Part shown: in pieces, positions 25,652-40,460 of the stretch
How positions within the stretch are numbered: the stretch's first letter is position 1
How the letters are laid out: each line of letters starts with the position of its first letter
The notes under the pieces: generated by a model
Told to the model about the DNA's origin: nothing
Database searches by the model: none
What the model saw: the letters and a program-made list of their open reading frames with translations, nothing else
Assembly: GCA_964016885.1 (NCBI GenBank)
Contig: OZ024741.1
Coordinates: 99,944,001 to 100,008,000 of the forward strand
Origin: Eledone cirrhosa
Taxonomy: Eukaryota
Length of the DNA: 64,000 nucleotides
Direction: 5' to 3'
Position numbers and translations under genes: made by a program

Positions 25652-27090
25652 ATATATGTATGCAATTTGGTATTAGTAAGTGTGGAGTCATTGTGATGAA
25701 GAGGGGTAAATTGAGCAGAAGTAACGGAATCCAGGTACCAACGGGTGAGATGATAAAGTAAATTGACTCTGAAGAATGATACAAGTATTTGGGCGTTCTG
25801 GAGGCTGATGACATCAAGAACAAAAAAAATGAAGGAATTGATAAGAACTGAATACATTCGGAGAGTAAGAAGCGTATTAAAGTCACATCTGAACAGTAGG
25901 AATGCCATAAGTGCAGTAAATTCCCGAGCTGTGTCTATTATTAGATACAGTGCGGGAATTCTGAGATGGAATGTTGCTGAACAAAAAGAAATGGATAGGA
26001 AGACTAGGAAGCTATTGACTATCTACAACATGTTCCACAAGAGGAGTGATGTCGATAGACTCTACTTAAGGAGATATGAGGGTGGAAAAGGTCTTATCAG
26101 CATAGAGGACTGTGTTCAGATGGAGGAAAAACAACCTACACAAATACGTGACTGATAGTAAGGAGCCAATGCTCAGAACTGTACTGAAGGAGGGGACAAT
26201 AGGCCAGGGGATGTCCAAGGAGGAAATAACATCAAGGAGAAAGAGCAGCCTTCAGGAAAAATCCCTTCATAGTACCTTCTTTGAGAAAACTGAATTTAGA
26301 GATCCACAGACATGGAACTGGTTGAAAAGAGGAGACCTTAAAAAGGCTACAGAAGGAATGTTAATGGCTGCGCAAGAGCAGGCCCTCAAAACGAAGTGGT
26401 TGAAACACCATATTTACAAGGAGGAGGCTAGCCCACTGTGCAGGATCTGTGGAGAGAGAGAGAGGAGACTGTGGCTCACATTGTATCCGAGTGTAAACAC
26501 CTAGCCCAGACTCACTATAAGGGCTGGAGACATGATGTGATGGGCAGGGTGATCCACTGACACCTATGCAAAGTAAACAATTTACCACATTCTGAGAAGT
26601 GGTATGAGCATAAGCCAGAGTCGGTGATAGAAAACGATCAGGTGAAGGTGCTGTGGGCTTTTAGGATACAGACGAACAAGAAACTGGAACACAATAGACC
26701 TGACCTGGTGGTTGTGGACAAAGAAAAAAAGATCGTGCCTGATTGTGGATGTGGCCTGCCCATTCGACACGAGAGTGCAAGAGAAGGAGAGGGAGAAAAT
26801 TAACCGATACCAGGACTTAAAGTGGGAGGTAAAAAGGATTTGGAACTGCCATGAGATCAAAGTGATCCCGATTGTTATAGGCGCACTAGGGACTATCTCA
26901 AAAAGTTTCCAGGGATGGTTAAAGAAAATTGGCCCCTTCACGCTTTTTGGAACGCTTCAAAAGGCATGCTTGCTGGGAACAGCAAGAACCCTCCGATACG
27001 ATCTGAATATCTGAGGCTGCAGGTAGTGGCTTGATATTCATTTCAACAAACTTTCCAGTTAACTAACATCAATGACTGAGACTTAAAGAG
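25652..27090 (+). mobile_element. R4/Dong-clade LINE, 5'-truncated
   Basis: RT thumb, CRICG...H...C, RHD, RPDLV..D...EK..RY restriction-like endonuclease; highly similar to 30228-31675; (TAA)n on both sides. Confidence 0.9.
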
Positions 27091-27120
27091 TAATAACAAC
27101 AATAATAATAATAATAATAA

Positions 27121-27296
27121 TTGTTTCTAGGCCAGCAATTATCCCAGTGTATTACTGGTACTTTATTTTATCGACCCCTTAAGGATGAAAGGCAAAGTTA
27201 ACCTCGGCGGGTTTTGAACTCAGTCCGTAAAGGGACGTAACGGTGCTGCAAAGCATGGCGTCCGACCCTCTACCGATACTGCCAATCCACCACCCT
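27121..27296 (-). mobile_element. tRNA-derived SINE whose (TTA)n tail abuts the LINE cluster
   Basis: Reverse complement of the SINE consensus, ending AGAAACAA-TTATTATT. Confidence 0.8.
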
Positions 27297-28192
27297 AATA
27301 ATGATGGATATATGGTTCTGGAATCGCTCCCGTAAGTTTTTGATTTTTACATATTTAAAACAACTGTGATAGAATAATTCTTATTACAAATGAAACATAA
27401 GATTACGGTTTTTTACTCTCAGCAAGCGACAACGCATCTCATTATGACATAGGGCCCCAATATTTAATATTTAATTTTGGATCAGAAATGTTATAGTCAA
27501 AGAAGAGGAAAATGGCTACGTGAACAGACAGGCAAATCATTTCACCACCACCACCACCACCACCATCACCACTACCACACCAAAAAAATGTAGCCAAGTT
27601 ACTCCAACTTCTATTTCTACTTCAACTTCAACACCATCACTACAGTACTACGATCACATCACCACCACTGCCTCAATATCGCTACCGCCGCTATTCTCTC
27701 CCACTACCTCCTGATAAGTTCAACTAGCACATCACCACCACCACCACTGCCTCATCATCGCTACCGCCGCTATTCTCTCCCACAACCTCCTGCTAAGACA
27801 GAGGTATCGTAGTATTCCCACTAATTGAGGAAGGCATCAAAAGTTATAAATAGACTGATTTGATGACCCGGTCAAAAAATCAAACATTCAAAAATCGAAA
27901 TCAAAACAGCACAGCAGCAACGAAAAACGTAAAGAAAAGAAAAAAGAAAAGAAAAACAAACAAACAGACAAGCAAACAAAAGAACTAAGTCAGACATTCA
28001 AACATTACATTACAATGAAACTTATGCTTATTTTTTTAGGTTTTTACCTATTTGTTTGTTTATTTATTTATGTTCGTCTACAGCGTGATATGCCACGCTA
28101 AAATCACCGGGGGTGATCAAATCACTGGGGCTGATGATTTCACCGGTGGTTATATAACCATACATTCATCAATCCTCGATATGAGTGTTTAA

Positions 28193-31100
28193 ATGTCGAA
28201 CCTAAACAGTTCGAATAACGGTGAAGTGGAGACTGGAATGTCATGTGACAGACTCTCACCAAGCAGGTGCTCCCTGGCCCAGCAGCAGGGACCTGGCTGC
28301 CATCCAAATACTCCTGGTGTTGGAGGAAAAAGAAGAAGGAAAGTAACCAGAACCAACTGGAAGAAAGAATTGAATAGAACTGTTATGAAATGTTACCTGA
28401 AGAGTAACTCCACGGAAAAAGGCTATAGGAAACGGATGCATAACATCTGGAACGAGATGGGTCTATTTAAATTAGATGAACACAAATTGGCCGGGCAGGC
28501 TCGAGTAATAAGAACTAATGGGTGGATAAGCGAGTTGGAACTGAAGGAACTGACCTGAGATTAGATTGGAAATGGAGAGTGGAATATGCCAGGCAAACGA
28601 GCCAGTGGGAAATGAAGGTGAAGAGGTTGAGAGAACGGAGGAAGCATCCGAAACAGACAATGATCTGAATGCTGAAATAAATGATACCTGGAACAAAGAT
28701 ACGGCAATTGAGGAAATGAATGCTGACGGACTAGGACAAGATTTGGCTGATATCCTAAACTTAGTGGTAGATGAAATGAACAATGATAGTGGGAAACCTA
28801 TGAACTTAAGATTTGTAGATAGGAAAAAGTTAAAAGAAACAACAACTAAGGTAAACGAAGTCATCCCATACCTTCACCAGTGCAACAATATCCTCAAAGC
28901 AACAGCAAATGGGGTGAGGAAATTACTTGGCATAAAATCGAGAGGAAACAACAAACAAGAAAGATCAGGACCTTGGTGGAAGAAACGACTGAATGGTCAA
29001 ATCAGGGAAATGAGAAATGACATTGGAAAGCTTGAGTCCCTACTGAATGGGACACTACAAAACATAGACACTAAAAATAGACTGGAAATAAAGTACAAAA
29101 CTAGGAGGAAAAAGCCAAATATTGTCATAGAGGAACTGAAGCAACGCATTGTAGCAAAGGGCGCAAAGATTAGGCGATACAAAAGCAGAGTCAGTCAGTA
29201 TAGAAATAACCGCATGTTTGACAACAACCAGAAGATGTTGTTTGCACAGCTTGAAGGGAAAGAAAGAGGCAACGACTTGATCCCTGAGGCGGAACAAACT
29301 AAGACATTCTGGAGAGGAATATGTGAGCAGGGTGTTGAACATAATGATCAGGCAGTGTGGATTGAGACAGTACAAAAGGAGATTAGTGAACAGGCACACC
29401 AACAAACTGATTTGAGTATCACAGTTGAAACTCTTAAGGGGCAGGCCAGAAAACTAATCAACTGGAAATCACCAGGCCCAGATGGTGTGCAGGGGTATTG
29501 AATTAAAAATATAACATCCCTCCACCCGAAACTTACAACCATGTTCAATGACTGTTTGATGTCAGGTAAGGTACCAGAGTGGTTGATAAAAGGTACCACA
29601 GTTATGGTAATGAAAGACCGAACCAAGGGTAATGATGTTACCAACTATAGACCTATCACATGTCTGTCCGTAATGTGGAAACTGTTAACAAGCATTGTGT
29701 CTGAGGAAATATACCACCACCTCCACATAAACAACTTGTTACCGGACGAACAGAAAGGATGCCGAAAGAAGTCCCGTGGTACTAAGGACCAGTTACTTAT
29801 TGATAAGATGGTAATGAGGAATTGCAGGAGGAGACACACTGTTCTTGCCATGGGATGGATAGACTACAAAACGGCATTCGACATGGTACCTCATTCTTGG
29901 ATAACCAAAAGCCTAGAGATCTTCAGGATAGCAGATAACATCAGACAGTTGTTGATCAAAAGTATGAAGTCCTGGAAAACAGAGTTAACATCGCCGCCCG
30001 ATGCGTGAGGATGAAGAGAGGTAGTTCCAGGGAGATAGTTTGTCCCTCTGTTGTTTGTCCATGCCCTGATCCCCCTGACCATTATACTGCGAAAAGTGAC
30101 AGCAGGATACAAGTTGGGAAAGGGAGAGCTTACCATCAATCACCTCCTCTTCATGGACGATCTTAAGCTCTTCGGGAAGAGTGAGAGGGAGTTGGATGTG
30201 CTTGTTGACACTCCGTATTTTCAGCAATGATATATGTATGCAATTTGGTATTAGTAAGTGTGAAGTCCTTGTGATGAAGAAGGGTAAATTGAGCAGAGGC
30301 AACGGAATCCAGGTACCAACAGGTGAGATGATAAAGGAAATTGACACTTAGGAAGGATACAAGTATTTGGGTATTCTGGAGACTGATGACATCAAGAACA
30401 AAACAAATGAAGGAATTTATAAGATCTGAATACATTCGGAGAGTAAGGAGCGTACTAGAGTCACATCTGAACAATAGGAATGCCATAAGTGCAGTAAATT
30501 CCCGAGCTGTGTCTATTATTAGGTACAGTGCGGGAATTCTGAGATGGAATGTTCCTGAACAAAAAGAAATGGATAGAAAGACTAGAAAGCTATTGACTAT
30601 CTACAACATGTTCCACAAAAGGAGTGATGTCGATAGACTCTACTTAAGGAGATCTGAAGGTGGAAGAGGTCTTATCAGCATAGAGGACGGTGTTCAGATG
30701 GAGAAAAACAACCTACACAAATGCGTGACTGATAGTAGGGAGCCAATGCTCAGAATTGTACTGAAGGAGAGAACAATAGACGAGGGGATGTCCAAGGAGG
30801 AAATAACAACAAGGAGAAAGAGCAACGTTCATGAAAAATCCCTTCATAGTGCCTTCTTTGAGAAAACTGAATTTAGAGATCCACAGACATGGAACTAGTT
30901 GAAAAGAGGAGACCTTAAAAAGGCTACAGAAGGAATGCTAATGGCTGCGTAAGAGCAGGCCCTCAAAACGAAGTGACTGAAACACCATATTTACAAGGAG
31001 GAGGCTAGCCCACCGTCTAGGATCTGTGGAGAGAGAGAGGAGACTGTGGCTCACATTGTATCCGAGTGTAAACACCTAGCCCAGACTCACTATAAAGGCT

Positions 31101-31675
31101 GGAGACATGATCTGATGGGCAGGGTGATCCACTGGCACCTATGCAAAGTAAACAATTTACCACATTCTGAGAAGTGGTATGAGCATAAGCCAGAGTCGGT
31201 GATGGAAAACGATCAGGTGAAGGTGCTGTGGGATTTTAGGATACAGACGGACAAGAAACTGGAACACAATAGACCTGACCTCGTGGTTTTAGACAAGGGA
31301 AAAAGATTGTGCCTGATTGTGGATGTAGCCTGCCCATTCGAAACGAGAGTGCAAGAGAAGGAGGGGGAGAAAATTAACCGATACCAGGACTTAAAGTGGG
31401 AGGTAAAAAGGATTTGGAACTGCCATGAGATCAAAGTGGTCCCGATTGTCATAGGCGCACCAGGTACTATCTCAAAGAGTTTCCAAGGGTCCAAGGATGG
31501 TTAAAGATAATTGGTCCCGCCCCGCTTTTTGGAACACTTCAAAAGGCATGCTTGCTGGGAACAGCAAGAACACTCCGATACGTCCTGAATATGTGAGGCT
31601 GCAGGTAGTGGCTTGATATTCATTTCAACAAAATTTCCAGTTAAACAACAGCAATGACTGAGACTCAAAGAGAAA
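28193..31675 (+). mobile_element. R4/Dong-clade LINE, near full length; single ORF (28193-31596) disrupted
   Basis: PWWKKRL, WKSPGPDG, NYRPITCL, QKGCR, IDYKTAFD, FQGDSLSP, FMDDLKL, CCHC and PD..D RLE; 3' end followed by (TAA)n/(TAG)n. Confidence 0.9.
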
Positions 31676-31688
31676 TAATAATAATAGC

Positions 31689-31757
<69 letters not shown>

Positions 31758-31853
31758 CGTAGTAGTAGTAGTAGTCGTAGTAGTAGTAGTAGTAGTAGTA
31801 GTATAAGTATTAGTAGCACCAGCAGCAGTAGTGGTAGTAGTAGTAGTAGCAGT

Positions 31854-31916
<63 letters not shown>

Positions 31917-31975
31917 TGTAGTAGTAGTGGTTTTGGTAGTAGTAGTAGTAGAAGTAGTGGTGGTGGTAGTAGTAA
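31676..31975. repeat. (TAA)/(TAG)n trinucleotide microsatellite
   Basis: Direct inspection. Confidence 0.95.
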
Positions 31976-33872
31976 TTATAGGAGGGATGTATAAATTTCC
32001 GTTTGAAAATGAGATCAACGTTATAAAGAATAGAGTCAGCGTCTCAGCACCCCACTATCATCTACATACCATCATTATGAATTGCTCCAGTACTATTACA
32101 ATCATCATCATCACCGCCACTACCGTCTCTATAAGATAAATCAACAATAACAACAACAAGAATATTATCAACAGCTACAAAATATCTAGTAACATATAAA
32201 CAATGATGATATATTATGAAAACAATACTATGAAATGTAGAAACAAACGTTAAGTTGAGTATTGAAATAAAATAATGAAATCTAAAATAAACCAAAATAA
32301 TTTTTATTTAAAAGGAAAAAAAAACAGTAAAAATAGAATAAAATAAACTAACAAGAAAAAAATAAGATAGGACATTTTTTTCTCTTCTTTTATTTGAAAA
32401 GAATTGGAAAATAATTAGTTGTTTTTTAAAAGTTGAAGTTAAAATCGCTGAAGCAGAATTCTTGCGACTATGAAGGAACAAAGAACTCTAGCATCTGATA
32501 TAAACTATATTAGGTCTCAGTGAAGCATGTATAAGTTAATGTCTGGAAACTAAACTTTTAGACACAAACGCCCAGAGATAGGATATTATAGTGTGGTATG
32601 GTGAGGTGTGAGATGGGGTGGTATGGTAAGGTATGGTGTGGAGCGGTGGGAAGGTGATAAAGAGTTACTATATGTAAGCAGAGAGCGAGAGAAATTCTTA
32701 GAGACAGACAGTGAGATAGAGATGATTCAACAACCTCTTACAACAACAAGAAAAACGATAATGATGTTAATAATAATAATATTAATAATAATATTAATAG
32801 TATTGATAATAATAATAATGAAATATCAACAAGAAATATAACGAAGGCAACCGGAAAATTACATCAAATCTTTCTTTATATATATACACACACATATATG
32901 TGTGTGTGTGTGTGGCGTATGTATGGGTGCATATGTATATTTGTGTGTGTATTAATATATGGATGAACAGAAATAGATGATATACTATCAATCAATCACA
33001 TATGTGATACATAATGAAATATATAGGAAAGCAGAAAAAATCATATAGAATATATATACGATGTATTTTCTTTACGCCACTACATCTTTTACGTGGTGTG
33101 GTAGGTAGGTTAAAAAGAAACTATCTCTCTCTTTACTCTACGCTCGTTCTCACACACAGACACACATATAAACGGATCACAGATACATATACACAACACA
33201 TGCACATATACAACACATAGAGCATATATTCTATATATTATATTTATACAAAACGGAAATCTACTTTACTTATCATACGGTCGATTTAACCGTTATTTCA
33301 TGCAGTGAATTAACAATAGATCTTGTATTCACATTTTCCACTCGAGTCAACCTCATTCTTATTATTGTTATCTTCCCTAGCTTTGACGCCGTTGCCGTTT
33401 TCCTCATCATCTTATTCTTCACCCTTATCATTATTGAAATTATGAAATTCCTTTCCACTTATTTCATTTGATTTGGTATTTTTGACATTGCTGGTGACTG
33501 CCTTTCTCAACCTCTGAATTATAGAAATGCTTAACCGTGTGTCCATCCAGGATGTCTGTTGGTTTCTTAATCCTAATAGAAATAACCTTTTGCACACTGC
33601 AATCGCATGTAAAAGTTGCCATTTTACGCCAGACATCATCTTCTGTTGTTTACTTTCGTTTAGTTTAGATAAATATTTCTATGGGGGAATCCTTTTATTT
33701 TTAGGGAATCGTAACAAATTCTATACATTTTTATATGAATAATTTGATTGTGCAGCCCCATTCAAATTAAATCGCAAAATAAAAGAACAAAACGTAAATA
33801 AAATCTATTACATAGGAATTTCATTAATCTCATAACTCTCTCTCTGTCTCTCTCTCTCTATCTCTCTCTCTC

Positions 33873-33958
<86 letters not shown>

Positions 33959-35699
33959 GGAACACAACATACATTCTCAAGCACATCAGAGAAATACACA
34001 CACACACACTTATATACACAATGGATGTTTAAATTGCTTCTCAAACACGCAATCACTGTTCGATCTCAATGTGAGGCTTCCCGGGCAATTTTCTTTTACA
34101 AGCCCCGATTGCCGTAATATTTTCTAAATCACAGTTGGTAGATGAAGACATATTAACGTATTTTAATATTACTTGTAGAAAAGTGTGAGTTTCCTCCTTG
34201 TTACAAGGCGGGAGCTCACACTGTATGTCGTATCATCACCACACATATATTGCACAGTCTATTATTCAATCCTAAAAGGATTAGATTTAACGTCAGTGAC
34301 TTCCAGCCCGTGGCGATCTCGTATTTGCTTTCAAAAGCAAAACATCTAGGTGTACCTAATGCAACAAACCTTTCCCAATTATAAAAATGTGATTTGAAGT
34401 AACATTTGAAGGAATGTTGGCTGGTTAATTTTGTATGTTGTTTGATTATGCAGGGTTCTTCCATGGTGTAATTAAATGGTTACTTCCTTTCTTCTTGTCT
34501 AACTTTCAATGAAATACTCTATAATTGAAATCCACCCGGTTATGATCATATATTCTTATTTTCAACCTACAAACGATTTTGAAACTTGAATGAATTTAGC
34601 AAACGAGAGTGCATTGAAGCACGTTGTTAGTCTAACGTTTGAAATAGGAGGAAAAGAGTTTGACATTTCGTACACTAGTCATTCATCAGAAGATAGACGT
34701 AGAAATAAAACATAAAACAGAAAGATAAAAAGTGAGAATAGGAAAGGCCATGAAAAAAATGAGAAATAAAGTGGAAAACACATACGTGGGTTGTCAGCCA
34801 TCTACAGATGTAGTGACTCCACGCATATGATAGTGTCATCTAGTCTATATATCACGATTGACTTGTATTATAGTTTTTCCGAATAACACGAACACACACA
34901 CACACTAAAACTCCCAATATGTACACGTGTTTGCATGTGTAAGTGTGTAAGTGTATAGTATTTTTTTTGTCGAACGCTTCAACTCATTGATTTTGTCTCA
35001 GAAAATTAGACTTAATAAGGTCAGTTATGTAAGCGATTATAAGAATTTCTTAACAAGGTCTGTCTGTACTTTTGAAATTAAAATTTCATTGTTAAGAATA
35101 AAATCAGATTTGTTTGCCCTTGAATATTTTAATTAATACAAACTAAATCAGCACTGTAGATATGGCTTCTAGAATTCGTAGCTAGTTCTACGAAATTCAT
35201 ATCATTCCGTCTTTTAAAAGGTTTCGTTATGGCGTGATTGTTAGATCAGACGTGCGTATTTAGAATTAAGACAGAAGTCAGCAATTATAGAGAACATTTT
35301 CTCAAAAATTCCTAATTTCTTCGCTTTGTAAAGAATGAAAATAAAAAGAAATAAAGACCCGTTTAGACAATGAGGAATGGAAGTTTTTACTCTGTTCACA
35401 TATTGTTATATGGAGATCAAATGAATGTGAAATTAATAGGTTGAATTGTCTGTGTTAATTCAATTGATATTTTTGTTTCTTCTTTTGTTTCTCCTTTTCT
35501 AGAATTAATTGCTAGCTTTACTATTGTTAGCTTTAATTGTGAGTAAAATGTTATTGTATTTGCGAATTCACAATTGCTGAAGCTTGTTGTGATTGATTTG
35601 AATGTTGAGCTACATTTTACATATTTAGCAATTTTTTATCGCTATTCACCCATAACGTTAGTAGATGGTTCTCCAATTTATTTTACCAAAAAATGGCCG

Positions 35700-36230
35700 T
35701 TATTCCTATATTTATGAGCATAGACTAAGATTTCATTTAACGTAGAAATGTAATTTTGACAAGCATTATCATTTCTACTAATGATATATATCTGAAATTA
35801 TCTCTGGGAAAAGTTTCCGTACAATTTCTTTAAAATACCTAAACTGAATTCAGTTTATTCTTGAAAGGCTCCCAGTGTGATAATATGGGGAGCAATAGTT
35901 GTTACTAGGTGTTGCAGTTTATGGGTTATGTTTAGAGAAATGACTATAAAGAGAATCTCTTAAACGCAAATCGTTCTGAAGTTGCTAAACTTCCGAAAAA
36001 TAGGTAATATTACCAATTTCAGCATGATGGTGCCATATGGCTTCAGTAGTAAATTGCTATATTGAGGAAATTGCCAAATTTCAAGCCGATTGAAAATGAC
36101 TGGATTATTCTCAAATTTTATGTAGCTGGAACGTGTTAAGAAATAAGATACGTTAAGGGAAACTTTTAAACTAGTTTAGTACTCTGAAATAAACACGTCT
36201 AAACTAGTTTGATGCACATGACATTGTTGA
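35700..36230 (+). mobile_element. Degraded Tc1-like DDE transposase remnant
   Basis: APSVIIWGAI (~35868) and FQHDGA (~36018) motifs at plausible spacing. Confidence 0.45.
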
Positions 36231-36425
36231 TAGCAATTGGATAAAAAGTATATGATTGACTTGTTACTTTTCATGTTATGTTAATGTGTAACTGCTATTG
36301 TAATATGTACAATAAAACAAATGCTTTAGCAAAAGCAACATAAATTATAGCGAAACGATATAAGGAGACTGTAAAGAAATCGGGGTAGCACAGACACAAA
36401 CGTTCCAAATATAATATTTGCAGAG

Positions 36426-36760
<335 letters not shown>

Positions 36761-37834
36761 ATCCATATATATATATATCTATATATATATATGTGTGTGT
36801 GTGAGTGTGTATATATATACACACACACATCACTCTTAACTTTAGAAAGTCATGAAACTTGCAAAACCGGTAAAGTTATAAGCTCTTGTAAATACTTCTC
36901 AATAATCCCAATTGCATTGCTTGGCTTTAATAAAATGATTATTTAAATGCTACTTCTGTAATGAGTACTACTTTCTTGCAGCCGTCGCCACATACCTATA
37001 TATATATGTATATATATATATATATATATACGTACACATGTTTGCATGTATGTACTTATATATGTATGAGTCTATGTATGCTTGTTTGCATGAGTGCGAG
37101 TGTCTACAATGAAAGCTGGAAATATATAATTAAAACCAATGCAAAATAATTACAAAACTTTTCACCACGACGTTATATTTCCATATTGTTCCTCCCCTAG
37201 TTATTTACTGCTAGACATATTGTGCTTAAAGCTGAAGTAAAAAAACAAAATTTTTTGACTCATAAAACTCCGGCGTATGAGTCTATTTTATCACGTAGGA
37301 TAAACGTTGCAGACAGGATCTTGTACATTATCAATGAAATATTTCTGAGCAACGTGACATACGCAAATAAGATGTCTTATACTGAACGGTTCGCAAAATC
37401 GTGACCCAATCTCCTATATTTTCGTGATAGTAATATACATCACATGTAGGTTTGTATTTAGATATGTAAATTCCTTAAGTTTTATGTCTGTCTATGTGTT
37501 GGAAATACATTTTAGCCTTCATTTGAACCCATGACAACCAATACACGGGGCTGTTTTATATGCAAGCGTTTATGATTAAAATGATTCAATCTTGTAAATT
37601 TCTTCACGTCAACCTTTTCAACTTTTCGGAAACTTTTACAGAAATCATATGATTTTAAGAGTATTTTTTGGCTGTCATCACAACGTGGTAAGTGCAGCTG
37701 ATTTATTTACCCCAAGACGATATTGAAGGTTAGCGATGGAGAATGAATGGAGTTGACGCACGTAGGAAAGAGTTGGAACTGGTCAAATATACATAATTCC
37801 TTCATTCTCTGTTTCGTTTTGTGTGCGCGTAAGA

Positions 37835-37896
<62 letters not shown>

Positions 37897-38417
37897 AATA
37901 TATTTATATAAGTTCTACGCAGTGAATTCCTGCAATAAAATAAAGGAAATTAAGAATGTCAAGATGAGTCAGGGTATGAAAGTCGTTCCATTAATAAAAG
38001 ATAAGCAAATGAAAATAAAAAAGGAAAAAAATATATTAAAAAATAAATGAAAATGCAAGAAAAAAATTACAAAGGAAAAGGGGAATAGAGAATATATTCA
38101 AAATATTTCAAATATAATTAAAAGGAAGCAGTAACAATATGATATATATGGAGATATGACGTAACCGAACTAGTATTCGATGTTGTTGGCCTGTGATTTA
38201 AGATATATTTCAAAGAAAAGCGTCGAATATGAATGGTTATGTTTAGCGTTGTATCAACATCATATATATATATAAGTATACGAGATACCTTTTTCGGTTT
38301 CCCAGGGTTAGAATAGACTATAACGAGGAGTGTTTCAGCATACAGTAATAGTTGACTGTGTAAATCTTTTTTTTACTTATTATATATATATATATTAATA
38401 TATTTTACTAAAATGAA

Positions 38418-38610
38418 TAATTATTTCTACTTTTGGCACAAGGCCAGCAATTAAATCAGTGCATTACTGGTACTTTATTTTATCGACCCCGTAAGGATGA
38501 AAGGCAAAGTTAACCTCGGCGGGATTTGAACTCAGGTCATAAAGGGAGGTAACTCTATGCTTCAAAGCATGGCGCCCGGCCCTCTACCGATACTGCCAAT
38601 CCACCACCCT
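38418..38610 (-). mobile_element. tRNA-derived SINE
   Basis: Full-length reverse copy of the SINE consensus. Confidence 0.8.
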
Positions 38611-38796
38611 AAAATGAATAATGATGCCTTATCGGAATCTATCCTTGAGCATTCTTTTAATTCTTACAAATTCAAGAGCGAATGATATATATAGAAATAT
38701 GTCTAATATTAAAACATGATTCAGTATGCATTAAAGAATTATGTACGAGAAAGTAAAATAATTTATTGATATCCGGTATATACCGTTCGATATTTA

Positions 38797-38956
38797 TGTT
38801 TTACCTCATGCGGATCCTCAGCTCGGGCTGATCCGCATAAGGTGAGACAATTGTTCTGGGTATGGTGAACTAACTGCTGTGTTACTACTTCTACCAAACT
38901 CGTCCCATAGACTGAGTGGTCTACCACTACGGATATTACCTTCCAGTGTTCTACCT

Positions 38957-38958
<2 letters not shown>
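38797..38958 (+). mobile_element. Micro fold-back with head-to-head degenerate HHR pieces, ~100-bp tail, then (TA)n
   Basis: Minus: CCCGAG-CTGAGGA-TCC GCATGA GGT-AAAA; plus: ..TCC GCATAA GGT-GAGA-CAATTG-TT-CTGGG. Confidence 0.5.
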
Positions 38959-39024
<66 letters not shown>

Positions 39025-39045
39025 TATATAAAATGCATATATATG

Positions 39046-39094
<49 letters not shown>

Positions 39095-39179
39095 CTGTGT
39101 GTATGTGTACAACATTTTTGCTCCAACATAGTTGTATACATATAAGTATGTTAATATCGCATATGTAATGATATATGTT

Positions 39180-40460
39180 ATGCTTACGAATAAACATTTG
39201 TAACGCTTTGTACCTATGAATATTAAAAAGCTGAGGCTAGTGACATCTGGCGGATTCCATGAGAAGTAGTGGGGGACAACTACCTGCCAACGATTTTCTG
39301 GTTCTCGCCGTCATTAAGACAGTGCTTTCCATGTTCTATGCTTGACAGCATTGTATATGAAATGAATTTACACTAAGACCCGTAAACTCTTCACATATCA
39401 CAATATGCGCAACCCTAAAGCTGACGTTCAGTGACTCTACGTGCCCAAATTTGAGAGAGGCAGATGTCTAATTCAATTGGAGCTGTCCTATAGGACTACA
39501 GCAATTAGCCTGCACCAATATCTCGAGGTAACCAATGCTTGAATGATGCAAGCAGTACAACAGGATGCTGTACCCTCTGTTAAAAAGAAACACCAAATAT
39601 ATACACAAAATAAATGTCAGAGCAGATATGACAGAATAAACTCCTCTTCCACCAAGAGCGTCAGCAAATGCTACAAAAGCAAAAACAAAGGAAGAATTTC
39701 TTGAATAGATGAAGGAAAAATGGCCAAATAAGATACTAAATGACCAGAACCTGACTCAAATTAGGTAAACTGATGTAAACAAAACCCAAACCCACCAGAG
39801 GATGCCCATTTTCGGGATTGAAAGCCGAAACAGAAGGTTTCCTAGTGGTTACACAAAACTAATGCCTTGCCACAAAAAAAAAAAAAAAATTATCACGCAC
39901 ACATATTGGGAAAATATAATGATACAACATGCTGGTTCCGTGACTGAAATACTGAAACCACGAAGCACCTAATAGCTGCATGCTCTGCCTCAGTACCGTA
40001 TGAATACAAATTCAGGTACGACAGATTGGGTGTAGTACATCCACTAGAAAATATGTAAGTCCTTTGGGAAAGATGTAACGAAAAAAACTGGTATCCATAA
40101 ACTGAAATTGGTAATGAAATAATTCTGTGGAATTTTACAATACACACTGACAGGTAAATCAAAGGGCACATGTTATAATAAAAGATAAAACAACAAAACG
40201 TGCTTCATGGTAGATATGTCAATACCTTCTGATTGCAATGTATCTTTCATGATATTTGAAACGATACAAGTATTTTGAATTAGAGATTTAATAATCAGGG
40301 GTATGAAGGCCACCCTTATTTCAGTTAGAGTTGGTGCTCTGGGCCTGATAAACAAGGGAACTGACAAACACTTCGATCACATGCCAGGTAAATCTTATAT
40401 GAAATAAAAATAAACAATCGTACTTACTAGTATGCCCACATTTTGTGAACAGCATTGTCA
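39180..40460 (+). mobile_element. Old degraded R4/Dong-like LINE 3' part
   Basis: LKAETEGFL, ETTKHLIAAC, ILWNFTIHTD, CFMVDMSIP, VGALGLI remnants. Confidence 0.65.

Noticed and set aside
28100-28160. CTGATGA with short repeats upstream of the R4 ORF (possible ribozyme)
   Set aside because: No GAAA/stem III partner found, and no convincing HDV-like pseudoknot by eye.
33273-33640. Short non-repetitive minus-strand ORFs
   Set aside because: No recognisable domain or splice support.
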